A stretch of DNA of 64,000 bases, taken from assembly GCA_036676395.1 (NCBI GenBank), contig JAKFCY010000002.1, positions 1,696,001-1,760,000 on the forward strand, in the 5' to 3' direction. A program made the position numbers and the translations under genes. Source of the DNA: Bdellovibrio sp. Lineage in GTDB: Bacteria > Bdellovibrionota > Bdellovibrionia > Bdellovibrionales > Bdellovibrionaceae. Below, piece after piece: positions 1 through 8,529 of this stretch. The notes under the pieces were generated by a model. That model was not told where the DNA came from. It made no database searches and saw only the letters and a program-made list of their open reading frames with translations. Numbering within the stretch: position 1 is the first letter of the stretch; every line of letters begins with the position of its first letter.

Positions 1-1169
1 CCTGCTTTTTGAGTTCCACCAGCGGCACTGTGTTCGCGCCAAGTGTTGTCTTCAGCAAGTCCTGGAATACCTAAAGAAATTCTTTTCATTTCAAATAAAA
101 CTTCATCTACTGAAACTGGGAATATATCGCCTTTTTTCTTACTTTCATAAGTGGCAGCATCTGCAGAGTCACGCCATTTGGCACGTGGTAGTAAACCTGT
201 GATACCCGGAGCAATTTGCACGAATAAACCGTACTGCTCTTTTTTCTCAACGATACCTGTGTGCACTGATCCAATTTTGAATTTTTCTGGAACCATATTC
301 CAAGGGTCACCGTCGCCACCAGCTTGTTTAACTGATAAAGAAATTTTCACGCGACCATCTACTTCTTCAACTTTTAAAACCTTAACCTGAACCGTTTGGT
401 TTAAAGTTAAAACTTCAGACGGATCTTGAATACGAGACCAGCCGATTTCAGAAATATGACAAAGACCTTCAACACCGCCACCTAGTTCAATGAACGCCCC
501 GAATTTTTCAAAACGCTTAACTGTACCGTTTACGATATCACCCGGTTTTGTGTTCGAAAGAAATTCTCCTTCGTTTTCAGCTTTTTGTAGATCTAATAAT
601 TTACGACGAGATACCACTAAGTTACGACCGCGCGGATCAAACTGAGTAATTAAGAAATCAAATTTCTTACCGATGTAAGAAGGCTGATCGATCACTTTGT
701 AATCCATTTGGCTTAATGGGCAAAACGCTGTCTTTTTCATGATCTCTACGCGAAAACCACCGTTACAAACTTCTAAGACACGGCCTTCAACAGGTAATTC
801 CATATCATGAGCGTCTTCTAATGAATCCATGTCTGGATTAGATTTTTTCTGACCTGCACGAGTAACGCGAATTTCTGAACCGCGAACTGAAGTCACAACA
901 ACGTCAATGCGATCGCCGACTTTATATTTTAATTCTTTATTTTCATCTAAAAGATCATTACGCATAATCATCGCATCTTGATGAGATGGCGTTGATACGA
1001 AAGCTTCTTCTTTGCTGATTGATAAAATTTCAGCTGTGTAAGCAAGACCTGTAGTTAACTTTTTACCGACGCCGCCAACGCTATCTTCAAACAATGAAGC
1101 AAAATCTTGCGATTTTGTGTTGTTCGTTGTCGTTGTAATTTCATCACCAAAAACATCTTTTTTAGACAT
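1..1169 (-). CDS. S1 RNA-binding domain protein (short ribosomal protein S1-like), runs off the window start
   Basis: Not in ORF track (no stop in window). Manual translation from ATG 1169: MSKKDVFGDE...VEGRVLEVCNGGFRV...GTVKRFEKFGAFIELGGGVEGLCHISEIGWSRI...GIVEKKEQYGLFVQIAPGITGLLP, i.e. tandem S1 repeats; AAGGA SD-like element upstream. Confidence 0.88.
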   Translation of the reverse strand, partial: MSKKDVFGDEITTTTNNTKSQDFASLFEDSVGGVGKKLTTGLAYTAEILSISKEEAFVSTPSHQDAMIMRNDLLDENKELKYKVGDRIDVVVTSVRGSEIRVTRAGQKKSNPDMDSLEDAHDMELPVEGRVLEVCNGGFRVEIMKKTAFCPLSQMDYKVIDQPSYIGKKFDFLITQFDPRGRNLVVSRRKLLDLQKAENEGEFLSNTKPGDIVNGTVKRFEKFGAFIELGGGVEGLCHISEIGWSRIQDPSEVLTLNQTVQVKVLKVEEVDGRVKISLSVKQAGGDGDPWNMVPEKFKIGSVHTGIVEKKEQYGLFVQIAPGITGLLPRAKWRDSADAATYESKKKGDIFPVSVDEVLFEMKRISLGIPGLAEDNTWREHSAAGGTQKA

Positions 1170-1224
1170 AGAAAATCCTTACCTTTTACGAAAGGCATTA
1201 CTTTACTTGAATATTTTTAATTAC

Positions 1225-1716
1225 TTAAGATTTTTTCTTAACTCGACGCTTAACTGACAGCGTCAACTCAAATTCTGCCACTCTTTCAGTCTGGCTTACC
1301 GAAGGAACGATCGCATAGGCCTTCATCGTCCGGTTTATGCGCTCTTCAGAGGTTTTAGCCTCATTGATCTGATCAACTACGACCTGGGCCTCTTCACAGA
1401 TAAAATGCACATCACCTTCGGCGCGTTTTAAGAAATTGGCCTTATAATCTTTAAATAAAAAATCAATACGTTCGCCAGAGGCTTGAATTTGTTTAACTGC
1501 AAGCATAGCAATGCAAAGCTCAGAACCCACAGCCAGTGCGCCAAAGTACATAGCCCCTAAGTGGTTTTTAGTTCTAAAGTTTAACGGAACCTTTAATATA
1601 GTTCTTTGATTGTTGGCTTCTAAGACTTTTGGTCCAACAAAGCCAATTAACGGGATTTTAGACCAAGCGTACAAAGTTAAAAATAGATTCTCTTTAAAGT
1701 TTTTCATAGTGCTCAT
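1225..1716 (-). CDS. DUF4442 / PaaI-like hotdog-fold thioesterase
   Basis: RTKNHLGAMYFGAL hotdog motif, ANFLKRAEGDV. Confidence 0.8.
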   Translation of the reverse strand: MSTMKNFKENLFLTLYAWSKIPLIGFVGPKVLEANNQRTILKVPLNFRTKNHLGAMYFGALAVGSELCIAMLAVKQIQASGERIDFLFKDYKANFLKRAEGDVHFICEEAQVVVDQINEAKTSEERINRTMKAYAIVPSVSQTERVAEFELTLSVKRRVKKKS

Positions 1717-1762
1717 TCACTAAATTCTAGCTTCATCTCAATAAATAAGCCAAACTTTTAAT

Positions 1763-2773
1763 ATGACAACACAACAAAGCGCGCTGACAAAGATCGAAAC
1801 TCCTTTAACCAAGATGTTAGGTATCCGTTACCCGATCATCCAAGCCCCCATGTTTTTAGTCTCAAATGTCGACATGGTCGTGGCAGCTTCTGAAGCCGGA
1901 GCCATCGGAACATTTCCCGCATTGAATTACCGCCCTGTTGAAAAATACATCGAGGCTTTAAAGGAAATGAAAGCCCGTACGAAAAAACCTATTGGTTTAA
2001 ATATTATCGTAAACAAATCAAACACTCGCGCCAAAGAAGATTTAAAACATGCTCTTGATGCCGGGGTAAATTTATTTATCACTTCGCTTGGTTCACCCAA
2101 AGAAGTGATCGCTGAAGCCCACAAAAATGGAGCAAAAGTAGTGTGTGATGTCGTAAATCTGGAGCACGCCAAAAAAGTTCAGGATTTAGGAGCTGACGGA
2201 GTGATCGCGGTTGGCACTGGCGCTGGTGGGCACGCAGGCCCGCTATCACCCATCGTTTTAGTTAACTGGTTAAAACACGAATTAGAAATTCCAATTATCG
2301 CAGCCGGCGGAATCGCCAACGGCGCAACCATGGCTTCGATGATGGCCGTTGGTGCCGCAGGCGTAAGCATCGGCACAAGATTTATCGCCAGCACTGAAGC
2401 TAAAGTCGAACAAGCCTACAAAGATGCGATCGTGAATTCATCACCAGAAGATATCGTACTCACAACAAGAATCTCGGGCACACCTGCTGCTGTGATCAGA
2501 ACTCCCTACGTCGACAAAATGGGTTTAGATTTACCGTGGTACCTAAAAATGGCCAAAGACCAAAAGACTCTAAAAAAATACATCGTTCCATTAATCCATT
2601 ATTTAGGATCAAAATCCCTAGAACAAGCAGCCGTCGGCCCGACATGGAAAACAGTTTGGTCAGCAGGACAATCTGTAGGCTTGGTCGATGACATCATTCC
2701 CTGTGAACAAATCATAAAAAATCTAGTCAGTGAATACGAAGAAACATTAGCTAGCTTACCAAAAGTACAATAA
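1763..2773 (+). CDS. Nitronate monooxygenase / FabK-like FMN-dependent oxidoreductase
   Basis: YPIIQAPM, GAGGHAG, PIIAAGGI, GTRFIAS, WSAGQSVG motifs. Confidence 0.88.
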   Translation: MTTQQSALTKIETPLTKMLGIRYPIIQAPMFLVSNVDMVVAASEAGAIGTFPALNYRPVEKYIEALKEMKARTKKPIGLNIIVNKSNTRAKEDLKHALDAGVNLFITSLGSPKEVIAEAHKNGAKVVCDVVNLEHAKKVQDLGADGVIAVGTGAGGHAGPLSPIVLVNWLKHELEIPIIAAGGIANGATMASMMAVGAAGVSIGTRFIASTEAKVEQAYKDAIVNSSPEDIVLTTRISGTPAAVIRTPYVDKMGLDLPWYLKMAKDQKTLKKYIVPLIHYLGSKSLEQAAVGPTWKTVWSAGQSVGLVDDIIPCEQIIKNLVSEYEETLASLPKVQ

Positions 2774-2788
2774 AGAATTTCAATGCAC

Positions 2789-2841
2789 GCTCTGTATTTG
2801 GGTTTACACTAATTTTAAAAGTGTAAACCCAAATACAGAGC
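2789..2841. repeat. Perfect 22-bp inverted repeat with 9-nt loop
   Basis: gctctgtatttgggtttacact (2789-2810) / agtgtaaacccaaatacagagc (2820-2841). Confidence 0.95.
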
Positions 2842-2895
2842 AAATACGAATCCCGATCTAAAAATTCAATAACCAAACTCCGCCATCCCAAATGA

Positions 2896-2934
2896 TCTGA
2901 CGGCAGGAAGCCGTCAGAAGCATCAGCAGGATGC
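2896..2934. repeat. Two adjacent GC-rich hairpins (REP-like)
   Basis: tctgacggc-aggaa-gccgtcaga (2896-2918) and gcatc-agcag-gatgc (2920-2934). Confidence 0.6.
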
Positions 2935-2982
2935 GAGCTCCGTAAAAACGCTACTCCAGCAAAAACTACGAAGCGCAAAAAT

Positions 2983-3012
2983 AAAAAAACCGTTAGCTAA
3001 TCAGCTAACGGT
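2983..3012 (-). terminator. Intrinsic terminator of the HNH-like gene
   Basis: Stem accgttagct/agctaacggt with 4-nt loop; A-run 2983-2989 gives a U-tract on the minus strand. Confidence 0.8.
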
Positions 3013-3046
3013 CATGCCCCTCGAGAGAATCTTAAAATTTAAATAA

Positions 3047-3709
3047 TTATTGCATTAAATCAGAAACGAAGTCTTCTAAGCCAGCGCATTTAGGTAAATC
3101 TAATTTGCACTCTTTCATCACTTCGATAGCTTTTGCCTGAGCGATTTTATCAGCTTCCATAGCTTGGAATAAAAGTAATTCTAAGCGATCAGTATACGCG
3201 TACACAGATTTATGTTGTGGCCAAAGGTTTTCAACATCGTTCGATCCACCGATGCTTAACGGGATGAAGTGATCGATCTTGAAATCACCGCGATTCATTG
3301 AACGGATTTTAAAACCTAATTCTTGATCATAATCAGCAATGATTGCGTTTTTTTCGCCTGAAGAAACATTGCGTTCACAGTAAGTGATTTGCTGAGCGTA
3401 GCGTTTTGTGCCGCGTTCACACAATTTACCTGGAGTCATTTCTGCATCTGGGTGAATAGGATATTTGTCAGATGGATTTAGCCCAGTAGTCGGAGCTTTA
3501 TCTGGTTCTGGAAAACTTGGTTTATTAGGTTCGCTTGGTTTAGCAGGAGCCGGTTTTTTCTTTTTTTCAGAGTAATCTTGGCGAGAAACTTGTTTCGCTT
3601 GATCATCAGCACAAGTTTGCGCAGTTGCGAAAGAAGCCGTTAAAGTAAAAGAGATAGCAGCGATAAGGTTTAAGATTACCTTAGTGTTTAGTCCTTTAGA
3701 ACAGTTCAT
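3047..3709 (-). CDS. Exported protein with HNH-like nuclease motif
   Basis: Start at ATG 3709 (GGAGG SD); signal-like N-terminus, Pro/Lys-rich linker, IDHFIPLSIGGSNDVENLWPQ. Confidence 0.7.
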   Translation of the reverse strand: MNCSKGLNTKVILNLIAAISFTLTASFATAQTCADDQAKQVSRQDYSEKKKKPAPAKPSEPNKPSFPEPDKAPTTGLNPSDKYPIHPDAEMTPGKLCERGTKRYAQQITYCERNVSSGEKNAIIADYDQELGFKIRSMNRGDFKIDHFIPLSIGGSNDVENLWPQHKSVYAYTDRLELLLFQAMEADKIAQAKAIEVMKECKLDLPKCAGLEDFVSDLMQ

Positions 3710-3874
3710 AGATCCTCCATAGAAAAGCATTACGGTGCTTTGTAGAAACGTCGGGCCAATCCCCAACTTATACGTGGTAGTTGTTGTGGCTAGAGATAAT
3801 CAAATTACCCCCAGCTCTGGCAACTGTTAAAAAACGAATATTTCGCGAAGTGTCTAAACACTGCTAAGCAGAGC

Positions 3875-4348
3875 TTAAGGTGCCGAAGTTTTAAGCCAAG
3901 TTTGGGTGCGACCTAGTAGGCTGAAACCTATAAATCCTCGCACCTCTAATTTTTCACCGTTTTCGATCAGGGTCATTTTCGCTTTGTAAGTTTTACCGTT
4001 CTTAGGATCAAGGATGTGCCCGCCAGTGTATTTATCGCCGTCTTTTTTTAGATCCCAAATAATTTCTAATCCAACAATTGGCTTATCTTTTTTATCGCCA
4101 GAACATTCTGTACAGATAGTTTTATCACCCTCTTTAGGAAAAGTTTTGATGATGTTACCAAAAAGTTTTCCGTCAACTTCTTTAATTTCAACGATGGCAC
4201 GTGGCTCATTTGTTGAATCATCAATTGTTTTCCAAAAGCCAACCGGTGACGAAGTTGTCACCACATCAGCCGAACCAGTTTCAGCAGCAAATGCCGAAAA
4301 ACAGATAAAAAAAGTCGTCGCTACAAATGAAAAGAAATTATGTTTCAT
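3875..4348 (-). CDS. DUF2147 domain exported protein
   Basis: Signal peptide; PVGFWKTIDD, GGHILDPKNGKTYKA, LEVRGFIGFSLLGRTQTW. Confidence 0.88.
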   Translation of the reverse strand: MKHNFFSFVATTFFICFSAFAAETGSADVVTTSSPVGFWKTIDDSTNEPRAIVEIKEVDGKLFGNIIKTFPKEGDKTICTECSGDKKDKPIVGLEIIWDLKKDGDKYTGGHILDPKNGKTYKAKMTLIENGEKLEVRGFIGFSLLGRTQTWLKTSAP

Positions 4349-4456
4349 ATTGGTTCATCCTTGTTCGTTATATATATTACCGTTTAACTAGACCTTTAGA
4401 TTGTCCATAGAGAAGCCCTAGTGGTCAACTACTTCAAAACACGGTATAATTTCATT

Positions 4457-5926
4457 ATGGGACGTTATCTTATTGTTGATCGTGAAGATAAGTCTGTAGA
4501 GCAAATAATCGAGGCTCTTAAATCGGTTGATGCGCAGGCACAAATCGAAAACTTTCCGAATATGGAAGCTTTTGAAGCGCACGCCAATGCTCTAAGCCCT
4601 GAAGCTGTTGCGCCGTTCTGGGTGTTTGATCTGATGATTCTAGATTACAGCCTTCACACTCCTGCCACTTGGCCAGAAAAAATTGCAAAACTTAAATCGC
4701 AAAACTCAAAAGAATTTTCATTTATTTTAACTAGTTACGAGAATAACTTAACGATCGCTAAAAATATTCGCCCACTTGAAATTTATAATTTCGTTTTTAA
4801 ACCTTTTGATTCTTTAATCTTAAAAGAGAGTTTAAATCTAGCTTTAAAAATTAAGAAAAAAGCAGCGCCGCTAGAAATGAAATCACAAAGCGCTACGGCC
4901 TTTATCGCCCTGTTAAAAGCGGTTGAATTACAAACTATTTCTGAGCTGGGTTTTGTAACTTTAAGCGATTCGCAAATCGAAACCGGCAGCATTTCAAAAT
5001 ATTTTTCGACGATGTTTACTTATGGTAAAAAACAAAGTGTGTGGGCCCAGTGTTTGGTCAGCATCCCGCACCCGCAAAAACCGGGAAACTTTATTAACAA
5101 GTTTCAATTCTTTGGCGCCGAACAACCTTTATTAAGTGCAATTCGTAAATACATCGCAGCTCACAAGGCTGATAGCGCATCAAGTGCTCTATGGAATTTA
5201 AATCCGCCCAAATCGACAGTGCCGTTAAAATTAGCTTTCATCGGGTTAGACAACGATGAAAATAAAAATTTTATCTCTGAAATCCAAAACCGTTACAACA
5301 ATGTAACTCCTGAAATCGTAAAACTTGATCCTTCTAAAAAATCGGCTGATAAAGCAGTCTATGATCATGATTTTTGCATCAACACCACAGACATTAAACA
5401 TGAAAACTTTAAAGAGATGTTTAAAGCAGAATGTGTGCATTTTTGGTATGCGCCAAATCTTCCTAAAGAAGATGATTTAAAAATTCATGCAACTGAATAC
5501 CGTGATATCTTTTTACGCCCGTTAGATCGCTCTTATTTTTACAAAAAAATGAAAATTCACATAAATGCGTTAAGTGAAAAAGAACCAAGCCATTTATTAA
5601 ACATCACTTCGCGCGAAGTGATGAAAGTGGCTAACAAGGTTAAAATTTCTGAAATTTCTGAATTGTATGTGAATCTTGTCTACAGTCGCGAATTGCAATT
5701 TAAAGAATTTCGTGAATTTGTATTCTTAAGTGATGACGAGACACAAACAGTAGAACTACCCGCCTTTTGCCATTACACTGAAAAAGCAGCCAGCACCGGT
5801 GGTAAAGATGATCCCGCGGGTTTTTTACACCAATTTGTGTTCTTCGGCATGACAGATCATTTGTTAAAACAAATTCGCCTATGGTTATTGCATAACTATA
5901 TCGTTTCGAATCAAAAGAACGATTAA
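4457..5926 (+). CDS. Receiver-like signalling protein with internal duplication
   Basis: ATG 4457 preferred; receiver-like YLIVD...ILDY...FKPF; two copies of ISEL...FFG...L..IR. Confidence 0.6.
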   Translation: MGRYLIVDREDKSVEQIIEALKSVDAQAQIENFPNMEAFEAHANALSPEAVAPFWVFDLMILDYSLHTPATWPEKIAKLKSQNSKEFSFILTSYENNLTIAKNIRPLEIYNFVFKPFDSLILKESLNLALKIKKKAAPLEMKSQSATAFIALLKAVELQTISELGFVTLSDSQIETGSISKYFSTMFTYGKKQSVWAQCLVSIPHPQKPGNFINKFQFFGAEQPLLSAIRKYIAAHKADSASSALWNLNPPKSTVPLKLAFIGLDNDENKNFISEIQNRYNNVTPEIVKLDPSKKSADKAVYDHDFCINTTDIKHENFKEMFKAECVHFWYAPNLPKEDDLKIHATEYRDIFLRPLDRSYFYKKMKIHINALSEKEPSHLLNITSREVMKVANKVKISEISELYVNLVYSRELQFKEFREFVFLSDDETQTVELPAFCHYTEKAASTGGKDDPAGFLHQFVFFGMTDHLLKQIRLWLLHNYIVSNQKND

Positions 5927-5962
5927 CAATTTAGTCAAATCGAAGATTTGCCAATGAATAAT

Positions 5963-6742
5963 TTAATTATGAACTTGTGACTGTACGCCGTATTTTTCGC
6001 CAGGCCCGATTGTGGTCTTTGGCAAGACTGCAGAATTTGGCAGAATCGTGGCTCTTTCTTCGATGGTCACACCACCTAAAAGTTTTGCCCCCAGACCAAC
6101 CATCACGCCTTTTTTAAGATGCAATTTATCAATGACTAAATAACCCTTCATTCCGTAATGGGCCATCATAAATGCCGAGCCCCCGATAGTTACGTAATCA
6201 TCTAATTGAATCAGACATGGATCAGAAATATTTGATGTGTTAATGACGACGTTTTTACCGATCTTCATACCCATCATTTTAAAAAATAAAATATTTAATG
6301 GCGACGGCGTTAAAAATTCTAAGATCGTGTAACGAACAAGATAAGTTAAAGCATTGTGATAATACCAAGGAATCGATTCTAACGAATACCAAGCCCCACG
6401 GTACGGACGCACAAATGGAAGCAGCGGCAAATTAAAAAGTGGTACGATAAAGATTAACGACAAAATAAATGAAATAAAACCTGCACCGGCACACATGCCG
6501 TAGCACAGTGATTTAACAAAAAGCGAATAACCTTCTACCCAAATATTAACCTGCTGAAATAGATAAATAGCTGGTGTGATCGAGAAACCTAAAATCATCA
6601 CATACAGCACAACTAACGGTAATAAAAACAGAATAAAGGCGACGGTTGAAAACTGACGAATCAGGTTCTCTAGTAAGGCCATGGGGCCCTTTTTGATAGA
6701 TCGTGAAGAATTTATATCGGTATCGGCCGCTTTATTACTCAT
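5963..6742 (-). CDS. Membrane protein with hexapeptide (left-handed beta-helix) acyltransferase-like C-terminus
   Basis: Hydrophobic helices then MGMKIGKNVVI...VTIGG...VTIEERATILPNSAV; start at 6742 or 6682, not 6904. Confidence 0.7.
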   Translation of the reverse strand: MSNKAADTDINSSRSIKKGPMALLENLIRQFSTVAFILFLLPLVVLYVMILGFSITPAIYLFQQVNIWVEGYSLFVKSLCYGMCAGAGFISFILSLIFIVPLFNLPLLPFVRPYRGAWYSLESIPWYYHNALTYLVRYTILEFLTPSPLNILFFKMMGMKIGKNVVINTSNISDPCLIQLDDYVTIGGSAFMMAHYGMKGYLVIDKLHLKKGVMVGLGAKLLGGVTIEERATILPNSAVLPKTTIGPGEKYGVQSQVHN

Positions 6743-6802
6743 ACAACAATGATCGGTTGATCCCTTGCATAAGTAAACACAAAAATGATACCTATTTCTC
6801 CT

Positions 6803-7372
6803 ATGAAAACTGATACAAATTCTTCTGATTCTGAAGCTCAAACAAATTCTGGTTGTACAACGGCTGGGTGTGCACACTGTGGCAAATCTAAATCGCCTTA
6901 CCAATGTGGAGTTTGTAACGATGCTTTATGTAAATCGTGTGTTCAGTTTATGCCAGACGGTGCTTTTCAATATTTAACTATCAGGCCACCAGAAATCAGC
7001 CACAACTGGTACTGCAGCGTGTGTTTTGATAACAACGTAGGCACTGCGCTTGCGACTTACGAAGATATCGCGGCTCGTGCCAGAACTATTTCGGTTTTCG
7101 ATATTAGCCAAGGCAAAGAAACCCGTTTTATTAAACGCTTAGAAAAGCCTATCGTAATTCCATCAGGCTTAGATGAGTTCGACATCACGATGCGCCTGGC
7201 TTACATAGCTGCAGAAAAAAACTGTAATGCGCTTGTTGACGTAAATATCAAAGCCGTTAAAGTGCGCGATGGTTCATACCAAACTACAGCTTACTCAGGC
7301 ACCGGAATCCCAACGATTGTTGATGATCGCAAGCTTATGAAAGATCGTTCTCTTTGGACTGACCCTAACTAG
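6803..7372 (+). CDS. Cys-rich (zinc-finger-like) hypothetical protein with YbjQ-like C-terminus
   Basis: CAHC, CGVC, CKSC, CSVC pairs; C-terminal AAEKNCNALVDV; start 6803 or 6785. Confidence 0.55.
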   Translation: MKTDTNSSDSEAQTNSGCTTAGCAHCGKSKSPYQCGVCNDALCKSCVQFMPDGAFQYLTIRPPEISHNWYCSVCFDNNVGTALATYEDIAARARTISVFDISQGKETRFIKRLEKPIVIPSGLDEFDITMRLAYIAAEKNCNALVDVNIKAVKVRDGSYQTTAYSGTGIPTIVDDRKLMKDRSLWTDPN

Positions 7373-8529
7373 GTCAGTTTAGATAAATCAATGTGCGCTT
7401 CTTGGTATAACCCAAAACCAAAGCGCCAGCGAGCTCCGCGATAATCCGTTTGAATCCCCGCTTTATTAAATTCATCATGCAAGTTTTTAGTGATTTCAGA
7501 ATTACCTGTATCAAACGTTAAAAAATGCCCGTGATGATTCAAATCATGAACTAACAGATTTTTTTCGTTTAACCACTGGCTATGTTTAGGATGCGAAAAA
7601 CTTTGGATATCGTTTAAAAAGTTTTTCTGTAAATTTTGAACATGGCGGTGAATTTTTGCGACAGACAAATCGGCTTTTGCAAAAAGTGATAACGAAGCTT
7701 CAAGTCTATAAAGAGCTGAAAAATCCATTGTACTGCCCGCAAAACGGTAACCATCATCTGAATACACAACACGCGAACCAACATGGGCTAGCCCTGAAAA
7801 GCCCGCAAACCAGCCCGTGTTAGAGGGCTTAAGCTGAGTACCCTTGGGTACGGTCATAAAACAGCAGCCTTCACCGCCTTGGGCGTATTTGTACGAACCA
7901 GCGATATAAAAAATGCGATCTTCAATGCCTTGCAGGTCTGTCGGCAGTGCCATAAAAGCGTGATAACCATCAATGGCTATGACGGTCTCAGGATTTGTCA
8001 CTGCGCCAACTATTGAAATTAAGTCTTTAATCGCCACACCTGAATTAAAAAATACCTGACTGATAAAAACTAAATCCCATTGCTCAGTTTTTAAATGGTC
8101 TTTAAAGCGGGCTTCAAAAGTTGCAAAAGGATAAGTCGCAACTTTAACCACTTCAACAAATTCATCTTCGATCAAACGGTTAATTTGACGGTCGAAACTA
8201 TAAAACTCTGAATCGGTCGTTAAGATTCTGATTTTTTTATTCGGCTTAAAACAGCTTAAAAGTCTGGTCACAAATTCATGGGTGTTTGGGGCAAAAACGA
8301 TTTGTTCTGCGTGGGATAAATTTAACACATCAGCAATCAGTCTTTGCACGCTTGGTATTTTAACGCCAAATATATGCGCCCATTTATCATCAACAAATTT
8401 CGCCGAATCATCCCAATAATCTAACATCGCTTTGCGAGTCACATCGGGCCAATAGTGATGGCTGTGACTTGCGTAGTGTTGTACACCCTTATTAGCTTCT
8501 AAAAAAAGTTGATAATGCTTTTTATACAT
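7369..8529 (-). CDS. Kynureninase-like PLP-dependent class V aminotransferase
   Basis: DGYHA and GSYKY PLP motifs, TGWFA; overlaps the 3' end of the TDO gene. Confidence 0.75.
   Translation of the reverse strand: MYKKHYQLFLEANKGVQHYASHSHHYWPDVTRKAMLDYWDDSAKFVDDKWAHIFGVKIPSVQRLIADVLNLSHAEQIVFAPNTHEFVTRLLSCFKPNKKIRILTTDSEFYSFDRQINRLIEDEFVEVVKVATYPFATFEARFKDHLKTEQWDLVFISQVFFNSGVAIKDLISIVGAVTNPETVIAIDGYHAFMALPTDLQGIEDRIFYIAGSYKYAQGGEGCCFMTVPKGTQLKPSNTGWFAGFSGLAHVGSRVVYSDDGYRFAGSTMDFSALYRLEASLSLFAKADLSVAKIHRHVQNLQKNFLNDIQSFSHPKHSQWLNEKNLLVHDLNHHGHFLTFDTGNSEITKNLHDEFNKAGIQTDYRGARWRFGFGLYQEAHIDLSKLT

Noticed and set aside
107..390. Short ORFs 107-319 and 151-390, and the many similar nested ORFs in the track
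   Set aside because: They are shadows inside longer motif-supported genes; here the real frame is the S1 protein.
3744..3758. TGGCCCGACGTTTCT upstream of the HNH-like gene (similar near 32427-32442)
   Set aside because: The -12 element reads CT instead of GC, so it was not counted as a sigma54 promoter.
6743..6904. N-terminal extension of the 5963-6904 ORF
   Set aside because: It overlaps the divergent Cys-rich gene and has non-protein-like composition.
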